The notes under the pieces are model-generated. The model had not been told where the DNA came from, did no database searches, and saw only the letters and a program-made list of their open reading frames with translations. The translations under genes were made by a program, and so were the position numbers. This document shows positions 1 through 9,181 of a stretch of 64,000 nt of DNA, in pieces. How positions within the stretch are numbered: the first letter of the stretch is position 1; each line of letters begins with the position of its first letter. Source of the DNA: Candidatus Woesearchaeota archaeon (GTDB lineage: Archaea; Nanobdellota; Nanobdellia; SCGC-AAA011-G17; GW2011-AR17); assembly GCA_964411565.1 (NCBI GenBank), contig CAYPLB010000001.1, positions 106,839 through 170,838 on the forward strand, read 5' to 3'.

Positions 1-778
1 TGCTTAAAGGATATCCTTCAAACCATTTTATTGTCAAGTATGTTCCAATTAAAACTCCTTCAGCAGTTGCAGCTAAACCAATTGTACCAAATAAATGTAA
101 AGGACTTCTTTGATATGAACCTAAAAAAGTAATTGTACAAAGATCAAGTAAACCTTTGATTAATCTTTCCCAACCATATTTGCTAACTCCATGTACTCTT
201 TCTCTGTGTACAACTTTTATTTCTCCAACTTTGAAACCTTGCCATGAAGCCATAGCTGGGATGTAACGATGCATTTCTCCATAAAGTTTTAATGATTTTG
301 CAACTTCTTTTTTGTAAGCTTTGAAACCACAATTGAAATCGTGAAGATTTACTCTTGTCAAAATTCTTGTTAATTTGTTGAATAATTTTGAAGGAATTCT
401 TTTTCCTAAAGGATCTAATCTATTGTATTTCCAACCTGAAACTAAATCGTAACCTTCGTTAATTTTTTTTATAAAGTTTGGAATCTCTGCAGGGTTGTCT
501 TGTAAGTCAGCATCCATAGTAATGATAATGTCACCAGTAGCTTCTTTGAAACCAGTATTTAGGCCTTCTGCTTTTCCAAAGTTTTTTCTAAAAGAAATGA
601 TTTTTATGTTTTTGTCTTTTATTGATTGGATATTCTTTAATGTAGAATCTGTGCTACCATCATCAATGAAAATAATCTCATAAGAATATTTTTTTGGAAT
701 GTTTGCGATGATCTCTTTATACAAAGGTGAAATATTCTCCTCTTCATTGTATGCGGGTATAACAAAACTTAGTTTCAT
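1..778 (-). CDS. GT2 family glycosyltransferase, dolichyl-phosphate-sugar synthase-like (5' partial, runs off window start)
   Basis: Reverse-strand translation from ATG at 776-778 gives MKLSFVIPAYNEEENISPLY...IFIDDGSTDST...ITMDADLQDNP. This is the classic GT2 (DPM1/GtrB-like) N-terminus with a DxD-type DAD motif. The ORF is missing from the track because it has no stop inside the window. Confidence 0.8.
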   Translation of the reverse strand, partial: MKLSFVIPAYNEEENISPLYKEIIANIPKKYSYEIIFIDDGSTDSTLKNIQSIKDKNIKIISFRKNFGKAEGLNTGFKEATGDIIITMDADLQDNPAEIPNFIKKINEGYDLVSGWKYNRLDPLGKRIPSKLFNKLTRILTRVNLHDFNCGFKAYKKEVAKSLKLYGEMHRYIPAMASWQGFKVGEIKVVHRERVHGVSKYGWERLIKGLLDLCTITFLGSYQRSPLHLFGTIGLAATAEGVLIGTYLTIKWFEGYPLS

Positions 779-860
779 TATTGTGCTTTTTTTATATTGA
801 GCTTATATAGTTTTCGCAGTTTGGGTTTACTAAATATTTTTAAATGAGTTTTATTTTTAT

Positions 861-2357
861 ATGCTGATGAAGGACAAGCTTTGGAAGAATAGACATTTGA
901 TTCTTTTGTTAGTTATTCTAGTATTTGCTTTCTTTGTAAGGTTTGATTTTTTAACAGATTATTCTAATCAAGGATTATGGTATGATGAAGGAGAATATCT
1001 ATTGAGAGCAGAAAGTATAGCTTTTGATGGGTTGGAAGATCCCGAAGGAGTTGCTGAAAGAAGGCCAGTATTAATGCCTGCTCTTTGGAGTATTATTCTT
1101 TTGTTAGGTGGTGGTGAGTATGCCATAAAATTTTCTCAAGTCATACTCTCAGTGTTAGCAGTATTGTTTATTTATTTGTTAGGTAAAGAAGCACATAGTA
1201 AAAATTTAGGTTTGATTATGGCAGCATTGTTAGCAATATCATGGATACATATTTTCTTTTCAATTAGAATTGTGTTGGATCAAGCTGCATTGCTGTTTAG
1301 TATAATGGCTATGTATTTCTTTGTCAGATGTTGTAAAAAAAGTAATTGGAAAGATTCTGTGTTGACTGGAGTTTTTACTGCGTTGGCAGTTATGAGTTTT
1401 TATATTCCATTGTATTTAATTCCATTGTTTTTAGTTTATTTATTCTTCACAAAAAAGTTTAATATGTTTAAAGATAAGAATTTTTGGTATGGAGTTTTAG
1501 CTTTTATTTTAGCTTTAGCACCATGGTTGATTTGGTCTTATGTGGTTTATGGAGATCCTTTATTTGGTTTAAATCAGTATCATGGTACCGGACAAATTGA
1601 AGAAGGTTATGATTTTGGTATTTTAGGATTTTTTAGAGTTTTTCCTGCAGTTGCTTTGACAGGAATGATGATTTTCTTTTTGATAGGTTTAATAAAAAGT
1701 GTAGTTGATTTAGGTTTGTCTTTTGATTTAATTTGGAATAGGAAAACTAAAAAATTAGATCTAGATTTGTTGTTTTTTGGTTGGTTGTTAATTGTACCTA
1801 TAGCTTTAGGAATCGAAATTGTACACGTTGAACAAAGATATATGTTCCCAGCATTTATTGCTATGTTTTATTTTTTAGGTAAAGGTTTACTTTGGTTGAA
1901 GGATGTTATTGATAAAAATGTTGCTGAAAAAGCTAAAGAAGCAAAATATTTGTCTTTGATTTTGATTATATTGTTGTTAGTTTATTTCTCTTTTGTGCAA
2001 TTAGGTTATGCTGATGCTGTAATAGGTGGAAGTAGTTCTTCATTTCAACAACAAAGACAAGCTGGAGAATGGTTAAGTGAAAATATGGAACTAGAAGATA
2101 ATTTTGTTGCATGTAGTTATATTGTTGTGTACCAAGCTTATTCTGAAAGACAAGGTTATGCCTTTGGGACGAATGTTACTTTGATGGACAATGTTATTGA
2201 AAAATATGATCCTAAGTATTTAGTTGCAGATGCGTTTACACCTGATTGTGCATTTGAAGAAATTATTTCAAGAGAAGATCAGTTTGAACAAGTTGCTGTT
2301 TATTATTATGATGAAGCACAAACACAACCAATAGTAGTTATTTATGAAGTTGTTTAG
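861..2357 (+). CDS. polytopic membrane glycosyltransferase, GT-C fold (ArnT/PMT, GT39/83-like)
   Basis: 498 aa with many TM helices. The N-terminal region (RFDFLTDYSNQGLWYDEGEYLLRAESIAF) resembles the first periplasmic loop of ArnT/PMT_2 proteins. It lies divergent from a GT2 Dol-P-sugar synthase-like gene. Confidence 0.55.
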   Translation: MLMKDKLWKNRHLILLLVILVFAFFVRFDFLTDYSNQGLWYDEGEYLLRAESIAFDGLEDPEGVAERRPVLMPALWSIILLLGGGEYAIKFSQVILSVLAVLFIYLLGKEAHSKNLGLIMAALLAISWIHIFFSIRIVLDQAALLFSIMAMYFFVRCCKKSNWKDSVLTGVFTALAVMSFYIPLYLIPLFLVYLFFTKKFNMFKDKNFWYGVLAFILALAPWLIWSYVVYGDPLFGLNQYHGTGQIEEGYDFGILGFFRVFPAVALTGMMIFFLIGLIKSVVDLGLSFDLIWNRKTKKLDLDLLFFGWLLIVPIALGIEIVHVEQRYMFPAFIAMFYFLGKGLLWLKDVIDKNVAEKAKEAKYLSLILIILLLVYFSFVQLGYADAVIGGSSSSFQQQRQAGEWLSENMELEDNFVACSYIVVYQAYSERQGYAFGTNVTLMDNVIEKYDPKYLVADAFTPDCAFEEIISREDQFEQVAVYYYDEAQTQPIVVIYEVV

Positions 2358-3423
2358 TTAAAGCTTCTAAAGTTTTTTTTGCAGAATTTTTCCAAGTATA
2401 CTGTGAAGCATATTCTTTTAATTTAGGGAATTTTATTTTTTTGTCAAGAATGTTTTTCATGTTGAAAATGAATTCTGATTTTGAGTTTGCTAATAATCCA
2501 TTTGTTCTATGTTGAATAGATTCATTTAAACCTGCTGTGTTGAAAGAAACTGCTGGAGTGTTACAAGCGTTTGCCTCGATAACAGTTATTCCCCAACCTT
2601 CAGCACTAGAAGCTGAAGCATAAAGCCAAGATTTAGCATAAAGATTAAATTTTTCTTTCTCTGAAACTTTTCCTAAAACTTTGATTCTATTTTTTAGAGG
2701 AGAAACTTTAACTCTTTTTTTAATTTCTGGTAAGTATCTTCCTCCACCTGCAATTATTAATTCAGATTTAGGATAGTTTAGTTTCTCAAACATTTCAATA
2801 AGTAATTGTACTCTTTTGTATTTTTCAATTCTGCCAAGATAAAGAATTGTAGGATTTTTGAATTTAGTTTTAGGTTTGGCTTTTTTGTGATCAAAGCCAC
2901 AGTAACTTAAAGTAAAATTTTTTGATTTGAATCCAAGTTTTTCAAAACCTTTTTTTGTAGATTTACTTATTGCAACTAAAGGTGTGTTCCTGTATATGAT
3001 CGGCATTAAATAAACTTCAGCAAAGTAAGGCATCCATGCTAGATAAAATGGAAGTTCTTTGAAAACTACATCTTTGTGAACATGTAATAGGAGTAAGGCT
3101 TTTGGTTTGTTTGAAAATAAAGGTGTGAAATATGGAGTTCCATTTTCTACATCTAAAATGTAGTCTGTGTGTTTTTTGAATTTTTTTAAGTACAAGTATG
3201 GAAGAGTTATGTAGTTTGAAAATTTTCCTCCAGATCTGAAAACATGGCATCCATTTATTTTTTCATATTTTTTTGATCCTTTGAATCTTGGACAAAGAAA
3301 AATAACTCTATAACCTTCTTTGATCCAATGTTCTGCTTGGTTGAATGCATAAACAATTGATCCTCCAGCATATGGATGTTTAAGATCTTTCCATAAAAAA
3401 ACTGTGATTGTTTTTTGTTTCAT
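2338..3423 (-). CDS. GT4 family glycosyltransferase
   Basis: 361 aa. The C-terminal EGWGITVIEANACNTPAVSFNTAGLNESIQHRTNGLL matches the GT4 (GT-B) E-x7-E donor-binding motif. Confidence 0.8.
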   Translation of the reverse strand: MKQKTITVFLWKDLKHPYAGGSIVYAFNQAEHWIKEGYRVIFLCPRFKGSKKYEKINGCHVFRSGGKFSNYITLPYLYLKKFKKHTDYILDVENGTPYFTPLFSNKPKALLLLHVHKDVVFKELPFYLAWMPYFAEVYLMPIIYRNTPLVAISKSTKKGFEKLGFKSKNFTLSYCGFDHKKAKPKTKFKNPTILYLGRIEKYKRVQLLIEMFEKLNYPKSELIIAGGGRYLPEIKKRVKVSPLKNRIKVLGKVSEKEKFNLYAKSWLYASASSAEGWGITVIEANACNTPAVSFNTAGLNESIQHRTNGLLANSKSEFIFNMKNILDKKIKFPKLKEYASQYTWKNSAKKTLEALTKQLHK

Positions 3424-3523
3424 TTTTTAGAATTTGAATTTAATGTTTTATTATAATTTATGTTGCATTTTGAAAAACTTTATAAAGGTTATGAATATTA
3501 TATAGGGATAAGAGTGTAGTAGA

Positions 3524-6500
3524 ATGTTTAAAAAAAGAGGAATACATGAATCGTTTTTGATAGTTTTAGTCGTAATTTTTACATTACTTTTTTTGTCCTT
3601 TGTTGTGGCAGAAAGTAATACTGAGTTTAGGATACATTATCTAGGTCCAGATAATGGAAGTTTCTTTGGACCTCAATTTGTAGAGGAACCTGCTTTTACA
3701 TTTAATGTTAATGGAACTAATGCTTCTTATAAAGTTAACTTGATTTTTAATGGTGGTCAAAATAATTCTGGTTTTGTTGATAATGGAACTTTAGGAAATT
3801 TAAGTTTGACTGCAAATATAGCTGACATGGCTGATGGATTTTATGTATATTATTTTAATGCTTCTAATGGTTCTGTTTCTAACTACACCGCTACAAACAG
3901 AACTCTTACTATTGATAATACTGTACCTCAAATTAGTTATGCTGCAATGGAACCTAATGAAGCTTTCATAACTAAGAATTCTTTCCTATTGAATATTTCA
4001 TATACAGAAACAAATCGAGCAAATATAACTTTTAGAATTAGGGATTCAGGAGATAATATTAATACAACAATAATTTCTGATGAAAGTGTTTCACATTTGA
4101 ATTTAACTAGTGTAACTGGTGAATCTGCTTATAGTGATGAAAATCTTACAATTAATGTAACTATATATGATAATGCAACAAACACTAATATTACATCAAA
4201 TAGAGTGGTTATTGTAGATACAACTATACCTCAAATAGAGTCACATACATCGTCAAGTATAATTAATAATAGTAATACTTCAAGTTCTTCAATTTTTGTT
4301 AATATGAGTTTTACTGAACAAAATTTTGGGAATTTAACATTTAAGTTTGCGCCAACTAGTTATGTAGTTATTAATACAACAGTAGTTTCAGAATGGTCTA
4401 CACCTTATTTGAATATAACTAGTGTAATTGGAGGTGCAGGATTAAGTGATGCAAATGTTACAATGAATGTTACAATTACAGATAGAGCAGGTAATACTAA
4501 CATTTCAACTTATGGGATGGTTTTAGATCAAACTCTGCCTACTTTTACATATGCAGGGGCTGTACAGCCTAATGCAACTTTCATAAATAATGATTATATT
4601 TATGTAAATGTGTCTGTTACAGAGGCAAATTTGATTAATTTATCTTTTAGTTTGTTAAATTCTACAGGAGCAATAAATTATTCTTTGTTGTCTGATACAA
4701 TAGGAGATGGTGCTGGATCAGCAATTAATTTTACACAAATGGATTCAAAAGCTGGGGCACTTCCAGAAGGAAACTATACTTTTAATGTAACTGCATCAGA
4801 TATAGCTGAGAATCAGAATACTTCAATAAATCAATTTATTGTTTTAGATAGGACATCTCCAACAACAGATTATCAGGCTGCAACAACAGTTGCTAATAAT
4901 AGTAATGTTTCAACAGATTATGCATTCTTTAACATGACTTTTACTGAACAAAATTTAGGTAACCTAACATTTGCTTTAAGTCCAACTGATTATACAAGTA
5001 CCAATAGTACAGTAGTTTCAGAATGGTCTACACCATATGTTAACTTTACAAGTTTAACTAGTGGTAATGCTTTACCTGATGGAAACTATACTTTTAATGT
5101 TACTATTATAGATAGAGCTTCAAATGTTGCAAATTCGGAGATTAGAACTTTCTTTTATGACCCAACATTACCAGTTGTAATGTATTCACATGGTTCTTCA
5201 GTTGCTGGGGATAGTGGGACAGCAGCTACATATATCTTTGTGAATACAACAATCACTGAAACCAATTTGATTAACTTAACTTTTAATCTGAGAAATGAAT
5301 CAGGTGCAGTTAATGCTACATTAATTTCAGATGCAATTGGTGATAGTAATTTGACATATGTTAACTTTACAAGTATGACTGAAGGTTTGGCATTGCCAGA
5401 AGGAAATTATACTTTTAATGTAACTGGAACAGATAGAATGGGTAATAAGAATACAAGTGTGAATGGAACTATTATCATTGATCAACAGTTCCCAAATCTT
5501 AGTTACCATGCAGATACACCAGCAAATAAAACTAATTTGACAAAGAACTCTATTTATGTAAAAGTTAATGTAACTGAGCAGAATTTAGCTAACATTAGTT
5601 TTGTTTTAGCAAATAGTTCCTTTGTGAATGAAACTTGGGTAACAGATACAAATGTAAGTTTTGTGAACTTCTCAAGATTAGGAGATGGTTACTATAAATT
5701 TAATGTAACAATTACAGATGTATCAAATCAAGTTAACTTTACAGCTACTAGGAATGTAACTGTTGATACAACTGCACCAGATGCAATAACAGTAAGTGCA
5801 TCGCCAAGTTCAGTTAATGGTGGAGAATCTGTAAGTTTATCTTGTGGAGCTACAGATAACTTAGGTGGAGATATTTCATATGTGATTGAAGTTCAGAAAC
5901 CGAGTGGTTCTTATGAAGTACAAACAAGTTCAGCAAGTGTGTCATATACAGATACAGCATCAGTTTCAGGAACTTATAATGTAAGATGTACAGCAACTGA
6001 TGTTTATGGAAATGCTGATGCAAGTAGTACTAGTTTTTCAGTTTCTATTGAAAGTGGAAGTTCAGGTGGTTCAAGTGGAGGAAGTAGTGCAAGTTATGCT
6101 CCAGAAGTAGAAGAAGAAGTTGAAGAAGAGGAAGAAGAAGTTGAAGTAGAGGAAGTTGAAGAAGAGATAACTGCAGCTGTTGTTTTAGAAGAAGAAAGTA
6201 GCTGGGAAGAAACAGGTGTTTTAGAATATGCTTCAGCTGTTGTAGGTGATGTAATTGAAATGACATTTACAACTAATGAAGGTGAAGAAGAAGGACACTC
6301 AGTAACTTTAAGTGAAGTAAATGTAGAAGAGCAGTTTGTAATCTTGGTCTTTGAAAGTGATCCTCAGGAATTAACTCTTTATGTAGGAGAAAGTAGAAAC
6401 TTGGATATAGATACAGATGGAAATGATGACTTCGAAGTAACTCTAAATACAATTAATGAAGATGGTACTGTTGATCTAACCTTTACAAAGCTAGAAGGAT

Positions 6501-6610
6501 GGCTTGAAAATGAAGGAGTAGAGCAAAAGTCTTACTGGTGGGTAGGATTAGTAGTAGCACTAGTAGTTGTAGCAGGAATTGTATGGTTTTTTGTTGCTAA
6601 AAAGAAGTAA
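3524..6610 (+). CDS. large secreted/anchored surface (S-layer-like) protein, extremely rich in N-glycosylation sequons
   Basis: 1028 aa with an N-terminal signal/TM segment. I hand-counted about 65 N-x-S/T sequons in about 750 aa, arranged as alternating repeated modules (FVNMSFTEQNFGNLTF... and FFNMTFTEQNLGNLTF...; YIYVNVSVTEANLINLSF... and YIFVNTTITETNLINLTF...). A Gly/Ser and Glu/Val-rich linker is followed by a C-terminal TM helix and KKK tail. Confidence 0.75.
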   Translation: MFKKRGIHESFLIVLVVIFTLLFLSFVVAESNTEFRIHYLGPDNGSFFGPQFVEEPAFTFNVNGTNASYKVNLIFNGGQNNSGFVDNGTLGNLSLTANIADMADGFYVYYFNASNGSVSNYTATNRTLTIDNTVPQISYAAMEPNEAFITKNSFLLNISYTETNRANITFRIRDSGDNINTTIISDESVSHLNLTSVTGESAYSDENLTINVTIYDNATNTNITSNRVVIVDTTIPQIESHTSSSIINNSNTSSSSIFVNMSFTEQNFGNLTFKFAPTSYVVINTTVVSEWSTPYLNITSVIGGAGLSDANVTMNVTITDRAGNTNISTYGMVLDQTLPTFTYAGAVQPNATFINNDYIYVNVSVTEANLINLSFSLLNSTGAINYSLLSDTIGDGAGSAINFTQMDSKAGALPEGNYTFNVTASDIAENQNTSINQFIVLDRTSPTTDYQAATTVANNSNVSTDYAFFNMTFTEQNLGNLTFALSPTDYTSTNSTVVSEWSTPYVNFTSLTSGNALPDGNYTFNVTIIDRASNVANSEIRTFFYDPTLPVVMYSHGSSVAGDSGTAATYIFVNTTITETNLINLTFNLRNESGAVNATLISDAIGDSNLTYVNFTSMTEGLALPEGNYTFNVTGTDRMGNKNTSVNGTIIIDQQFPNLSYHADTPANKTNLTKNSIYVKVNVTEQNLANISFVLANSSFVNETWVTDTNVSFVNFSRLGDGYYKFNVTITDVSNQVNFTATRNVTVDTTAPDAITVSASPSSVNGGESVSLSCGATDNLGGDISYVIEVQKPSGSYEVQTSSASVSYTDTASVSGTYNVRCTATDVYGNADASSTSFSVSIESGSSGGSSGGSSASYAPEVEEEVEEEEEEVEVEEVEEEITAAVVLEEESSWEETGVLEYASAVVGDVIEMTFTTNEGEEEGHSVTLSEVNVEEQFVILVFESDPQELTLYVGESRNLDIDTDGNDDFEVTLNTINEDGTVDLTFTKLEGWLENEGVEQKSYWWVGLVVALVVVAGIVWFFVAKKK

Positions 6611-6630
6611 TTTCTTTTATTTTTTTAATA
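6611..6630 (+). terminator. oligo-T tract downstream of the surface-protein gene (possible archaeal terminator)
   Basis: tttcttttatttttttaata lies immediately after the TAA stop at 6608-6610. Confidence 0.3.
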
Positions 6631-6648
6631 TTGTTTATTAGCATAATC

Positions 6649-6656
6649 TTTATAAG
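6649..6656 (+). promoter_or_regulatory. TATA-box-like element for the 6681 gene
   Basis: tttataag sits 25-32 nt upstream of ATG 6681, consistent with a leaderless archaeal transcript. Confidence 0.35.
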
Positions 6657-6680
6657 TTAGATTAAATATCTTGGTTTATT

Positions 6681-7346
6681 ATGAGAGGAAAAATTTTATT
6701 ATTAGGCTTGTTATTGTTTAGCTTTACTTTTGTTTTAGCTGGTAATAGTTATGATGTAAGTTTTGAAGATCAAAATTCTCAAGCAATTTATCTTTATGAA
6801 AATGATGAAGTTAGGTTTGAGTTATTAGATGGTGAACATTCTATAATTGTTGAAGAAGTTTCTGAAATTGGAGCTAAATTTGATATTGTACCTTTTATTC
6901 ATGATGGAGTAACTAATGCTTGGCCAGGTATGGCAACTTTAGATACTATTATGAAAGTAGATTTAGATAAAGATGGTTATTATGATATGAATGTAGCTGT
7001 TTATTCTGTAGCTTCTGATGGTCAAGTACATTTAGTTTTGCAAGTTGCTGATAATAGTGATGATGATGATGATGGTAGTAGTATTGTTACAGGTTTAGTT
7101 GTGGATGATGAAGAAGAAGAGAGTGATATTGATTGGAAAAATTATATTTTAGCAGTTTTAGGTATTTTGATAGTTATAATAGTAGCAGTATTTGTTTTGA
7201 GAAGTGCTGATACTGAAGAAGAGAAGGAAGAAGCGAAAGAAGAAGAGAAAGAGGAAGTGAAGGAAGAAGCGAAAGAAGAAGAGAAGGAAGAAAATAGTGA
7301 TGATGATAAAAAAGATGATAGTGAAGAGAAAAAAGAGAAAGAATAA
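6681..7346 (+). CDS. secreted, membrane-anchored acidic protein with KEEEKEE-repeat cytoplasmic tail
   Basis: 221 aa with a signal peptide (MRGKILLLGLLLFSFTFVLAG). It has a DDDDDG/EEEE acidic stretch, one TM helix (ILAVLGILIVIIVAVFVL), and a tail of (E/K)-rich repeats encoded by a roughly 35-bp direct DNA repeat. Confidence 0.6.
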   Translation: MRGKILLLGLLLFSFTFVLAGNSYDVSFEDQNSQAIYLYENDEVRFELLDGEHSIIVEEVSEIGAKFDIVPFIHDGVTNAWPGMATLDTIMKVDLDKDGYYDMNVAVYSVASDGQVHLVLQVADNSDDDDDGSSIVTGLVVDDEEEESDIDWKNYILAVLGILIVIIVAVFVLRSADTEEEKEEAKEEEKEEVKEEAKEEEKEENSDDDKKDDSEEKKEKE

Positions 7347-7378
7347 ACTTTATTAATTCTTTTATATATTATTTATTT

Positions 7379-7702
7379 ATGAAATGGTATGTGTTGCTTG
7401 TTATTGTACTTTTGTCAATTAGTTTTGTAAGTGCTGAGTTAATTATTAGTTGTGAAAGAGATGATACTTGTAATTTGTTTTTAGATGATTCTTGGTGTGA
7501 AGAAGATCTTTGTGTTGTTCCTCAAGTTGAGGAGGATTTAGAAGTGAGAGATGAGTTAAGAGATTATAATGAAGTTGAATGGGGAATGTTAGTTTTGGAA
7601 GAAAAAGAAGAATTTTTTTGTGAGAACTGTTTGAATTTTGCACCTGAGTATACTGGTAATTTATTTTATGATTTTATCTATTGGTTAATTTATGCTAAGT
7701 AA
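7379..7702 (+). CDS. small secreted Cys-rich protein
   Basis: 107 aa with signal peptide MKWYVLLVIVLLSISFVSA. The mature part is acidic and contains seven cysteines. Confidence 0.45.
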   Translation: MKWYVLLVIVLLSISFVSAELIISCERDDTCNLFLDDSWCEEDLCVVPQVEEDLEVRDELRDYNEVEWGMLVLEEKEEFFCENCLNFAPEYTGNLFYDFIYWLIYAK

Positions 7703-9148
7703 ACAAGCTTGACCTGAAATTGTTTTTTCTTGAAAATTACATGTTTGTGTTAAATAGGTGCAATCTTCATTTAGTGCAATTATTTCTAAGACATTTAATT
7801 CATTTAGTCCTTCTTCTAACTTCTCACAGTCTTCTGTAAAACCAATATTTGTAATTAAATCAATGTAATTTTTATCCTTTGACCAGTCAGACCAACCAGA
7901 AGCTGTATTTTTGTTTATTAAAGCTGCATAGGAATAATAAGCTTGTGGATATGAAGTTTCTATGGATTGGGATCCTAAAATTAAAAATTTTTCTTCAATA
8001 TCAGGCATAACTGCTAAGATGTCATATTCTGTTTGTGTGTAGTCTTGGAAGAAAGGAGTTAATAACATATTGTATGAGATTGCTGCAACTGTAGCTAAAG
8101 CTAGAATGATTAAAAGAGAAGTTTTTATTTTGTTTGATATTTTATTGTAATTTAATGATACTAGGAAGAATGATGTGAATAAAATTAAGAAATTAGTCCA
8201 TGGATCAGGATAAATTTCTTTGTATATTGGTATAAAAGTGATTATTCTTGTTAATACTAAGAAAGCTAGAGTTAATGTAGGTAGAAAGAAAAGAAAATCT
8301 TTTTTCTCTTTTTTATAGAAATAAAATAATGTTAATAGGGATATAGTTAAACCTGTTAGAATTAAATTACTAATTAGGAAACTGTTGAAGTCTAAAAGCC
8401 AGAGTCCAAATTCTTGGTCAATTAAATTGAGCTGTGTGTATGCTTGTAAAAATGGGATTAACCAGAATGAGGAAAGTATAATACCTAAGACTAAAGTGGA
8501 AATAATTTTTATGTTTTCTTTGAAATTTTTGGTTAGAATTAAACCTAGTAAGAAAGTTGAACCCAAAACTGTTTCTGGTTGATGAGAAATTATTAAAAAA
8601 GTATATAATGGTGCTAAGAAAAGGATTTTCCAGTCAATAGGATTGTCTTTGTAGTATAAAGCTAGATAGAAGATATATGTGAATACTACGAAAGCAGTTA
8701 GTTCTGGAAGTCTACCTTGTTTTAAAAATCCTCCAATAGCCATAGGGTTTGCAAAAATGAATAGGTATAATGCGGTAGTTTTGATCTTAGAAATTCTAAT
8801 GTGTTTTCCAATTAGATATATTGAAATGAATCCTAAAATGTAAAGTAAGATTATTGATAAGTAAGTAGAAAGCATTATGTTGTTTGTGAGATTTAATATT
8901 GGTAAAGTGAATAAAGCCCAACCTGGGGCAGATGCTTGAAATAGAATAAATCCATTGTACCAATTTGGAACATTGGCAAAAAGACCATATGCATCTAGAA
9001 AACTTAGTTGTGCAACATATGAAGCTAAATCATTTGTGTAGTCTAAAGGGAAATATTTGATTATTTTTGATGTGTCAATTAATCTGTAAATTAAGTTCAA
9101 ACTAAATAATATTATAGGAATAAGGAATATTTTATCTGATTTCTTCAT
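7685..9148 (-). CDS. polytopic membrane protein with C-terminal soluble domain (possible GT-C-type glycosyltransferase or envelope assembly protein)
   Basis: 487 aa with about 10 or more predicted TM helices, then a roughly 130-aa C-terminal hydrophilic Cys-containing domain. It has no WWDYG motif, so it is not called AglB. Confidence 0.5.
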   Translation of the reverse strand: MKKSDKIFLIPIILFSLNLIYRLIDTSKIIKYFPLDYTNDLASYVAQLSFLDAYGLFANVPNWYNGFILFQASAPGWALFTLPILNLTNNIMLSTYLSIILLYILGFISIYLIGKHIRISKIKTTALYLFIFANPMAIGGFLKQGRLPELTAFVVFTYIFYLALYYKDNPIDWKILFLAPLYTFLIISHQPETVLGSTFLLGLILTKNFKENIKIISTLVLGIILSSFWLIPFLQAYTQLNLIDQEFGLWLLDFNSFLISNLILTGLTISLLTLFYFYKKEKKDFLFFLPTLTLAFLVLTRIITFIPIYKEIYPDPWTNFLILFTSFFLVSLNYNKISNKIKTSLLIILALATVAAISYNMLLTPFFQDYTQTEYDILAVMPDIEEKFLILGSQSIETSYPQAYYSYAALINKNTASGWSDWSKDKNYIDLITNIGFTEDCEKLEEGLNELNVLEIIALNEDCTYLTQTCNFQEKTISGQACLLSIN

Positions 9149-9171
9149 CTATTTTTTTAGTTTTTGAAGGT

Positions 9172-9179
9172 TTTATAAG
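9172..9179 (-). promoter_or_regulatory. TATA-like element (tttataag/cttataaa) upstream of the minus-strand gene starting at 9148
   Basis: It lies 24-31 nt from ATG 9148 and is part of the recurrent TATAAGG-TT-TATGAAG motif. Confidence 0.4.
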
Positions 9180-9181
9180 GT

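Noticed and set aside
3017-3250. Multiple 60-120-aa ORFs embedded or antisense within larger genes
   Set aside because: Examples are 5327..5509, 6045..6266, 7446..7643, 8385..8582, 12561..12818, 13512..13766, 14496..14747, 15585..15794, 15847..16044, 17669..17899, 21800..22030, 22006..22365, 22831..23220, 23270..23579, 26936..27139, 27896..28099, 28718..28921, 30219..30425, 31527..31778, 32674..32886, 33724..33924, 34176..34412, 35272..35589, 36615..36854, 37194..37391, 40942..41220, 43851..44036, 51276..51497, 52189..52449, 57229..57411, 60793..60993, 61230..61454 and 62829..63050. All are fully contained in or antisense to ORFs with clear domain signatures. Their compositions are typical of AT-rich antisense frames.
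6100-6180. Short tandem repeats (gaagaagaagttgaagaagag...) that might be mistaken for a CRISPR or satellite array
   Set aside because: They lie in frame inside the surface-protein gene and encode an E/V-rich linker. They lack the regular repeat-spacer structure and length of CRISPR arrays. The same applies to the KEEEKEE repeat at 7229-7286.
7685-9148. Candidate AglB/Stt3 oligosaccharyltransferase
   Set aside because: It is polytopic with a C-terminal soluble domain, but it is too short and lacks the WWDYG motif. The same holds for 48748..50085.
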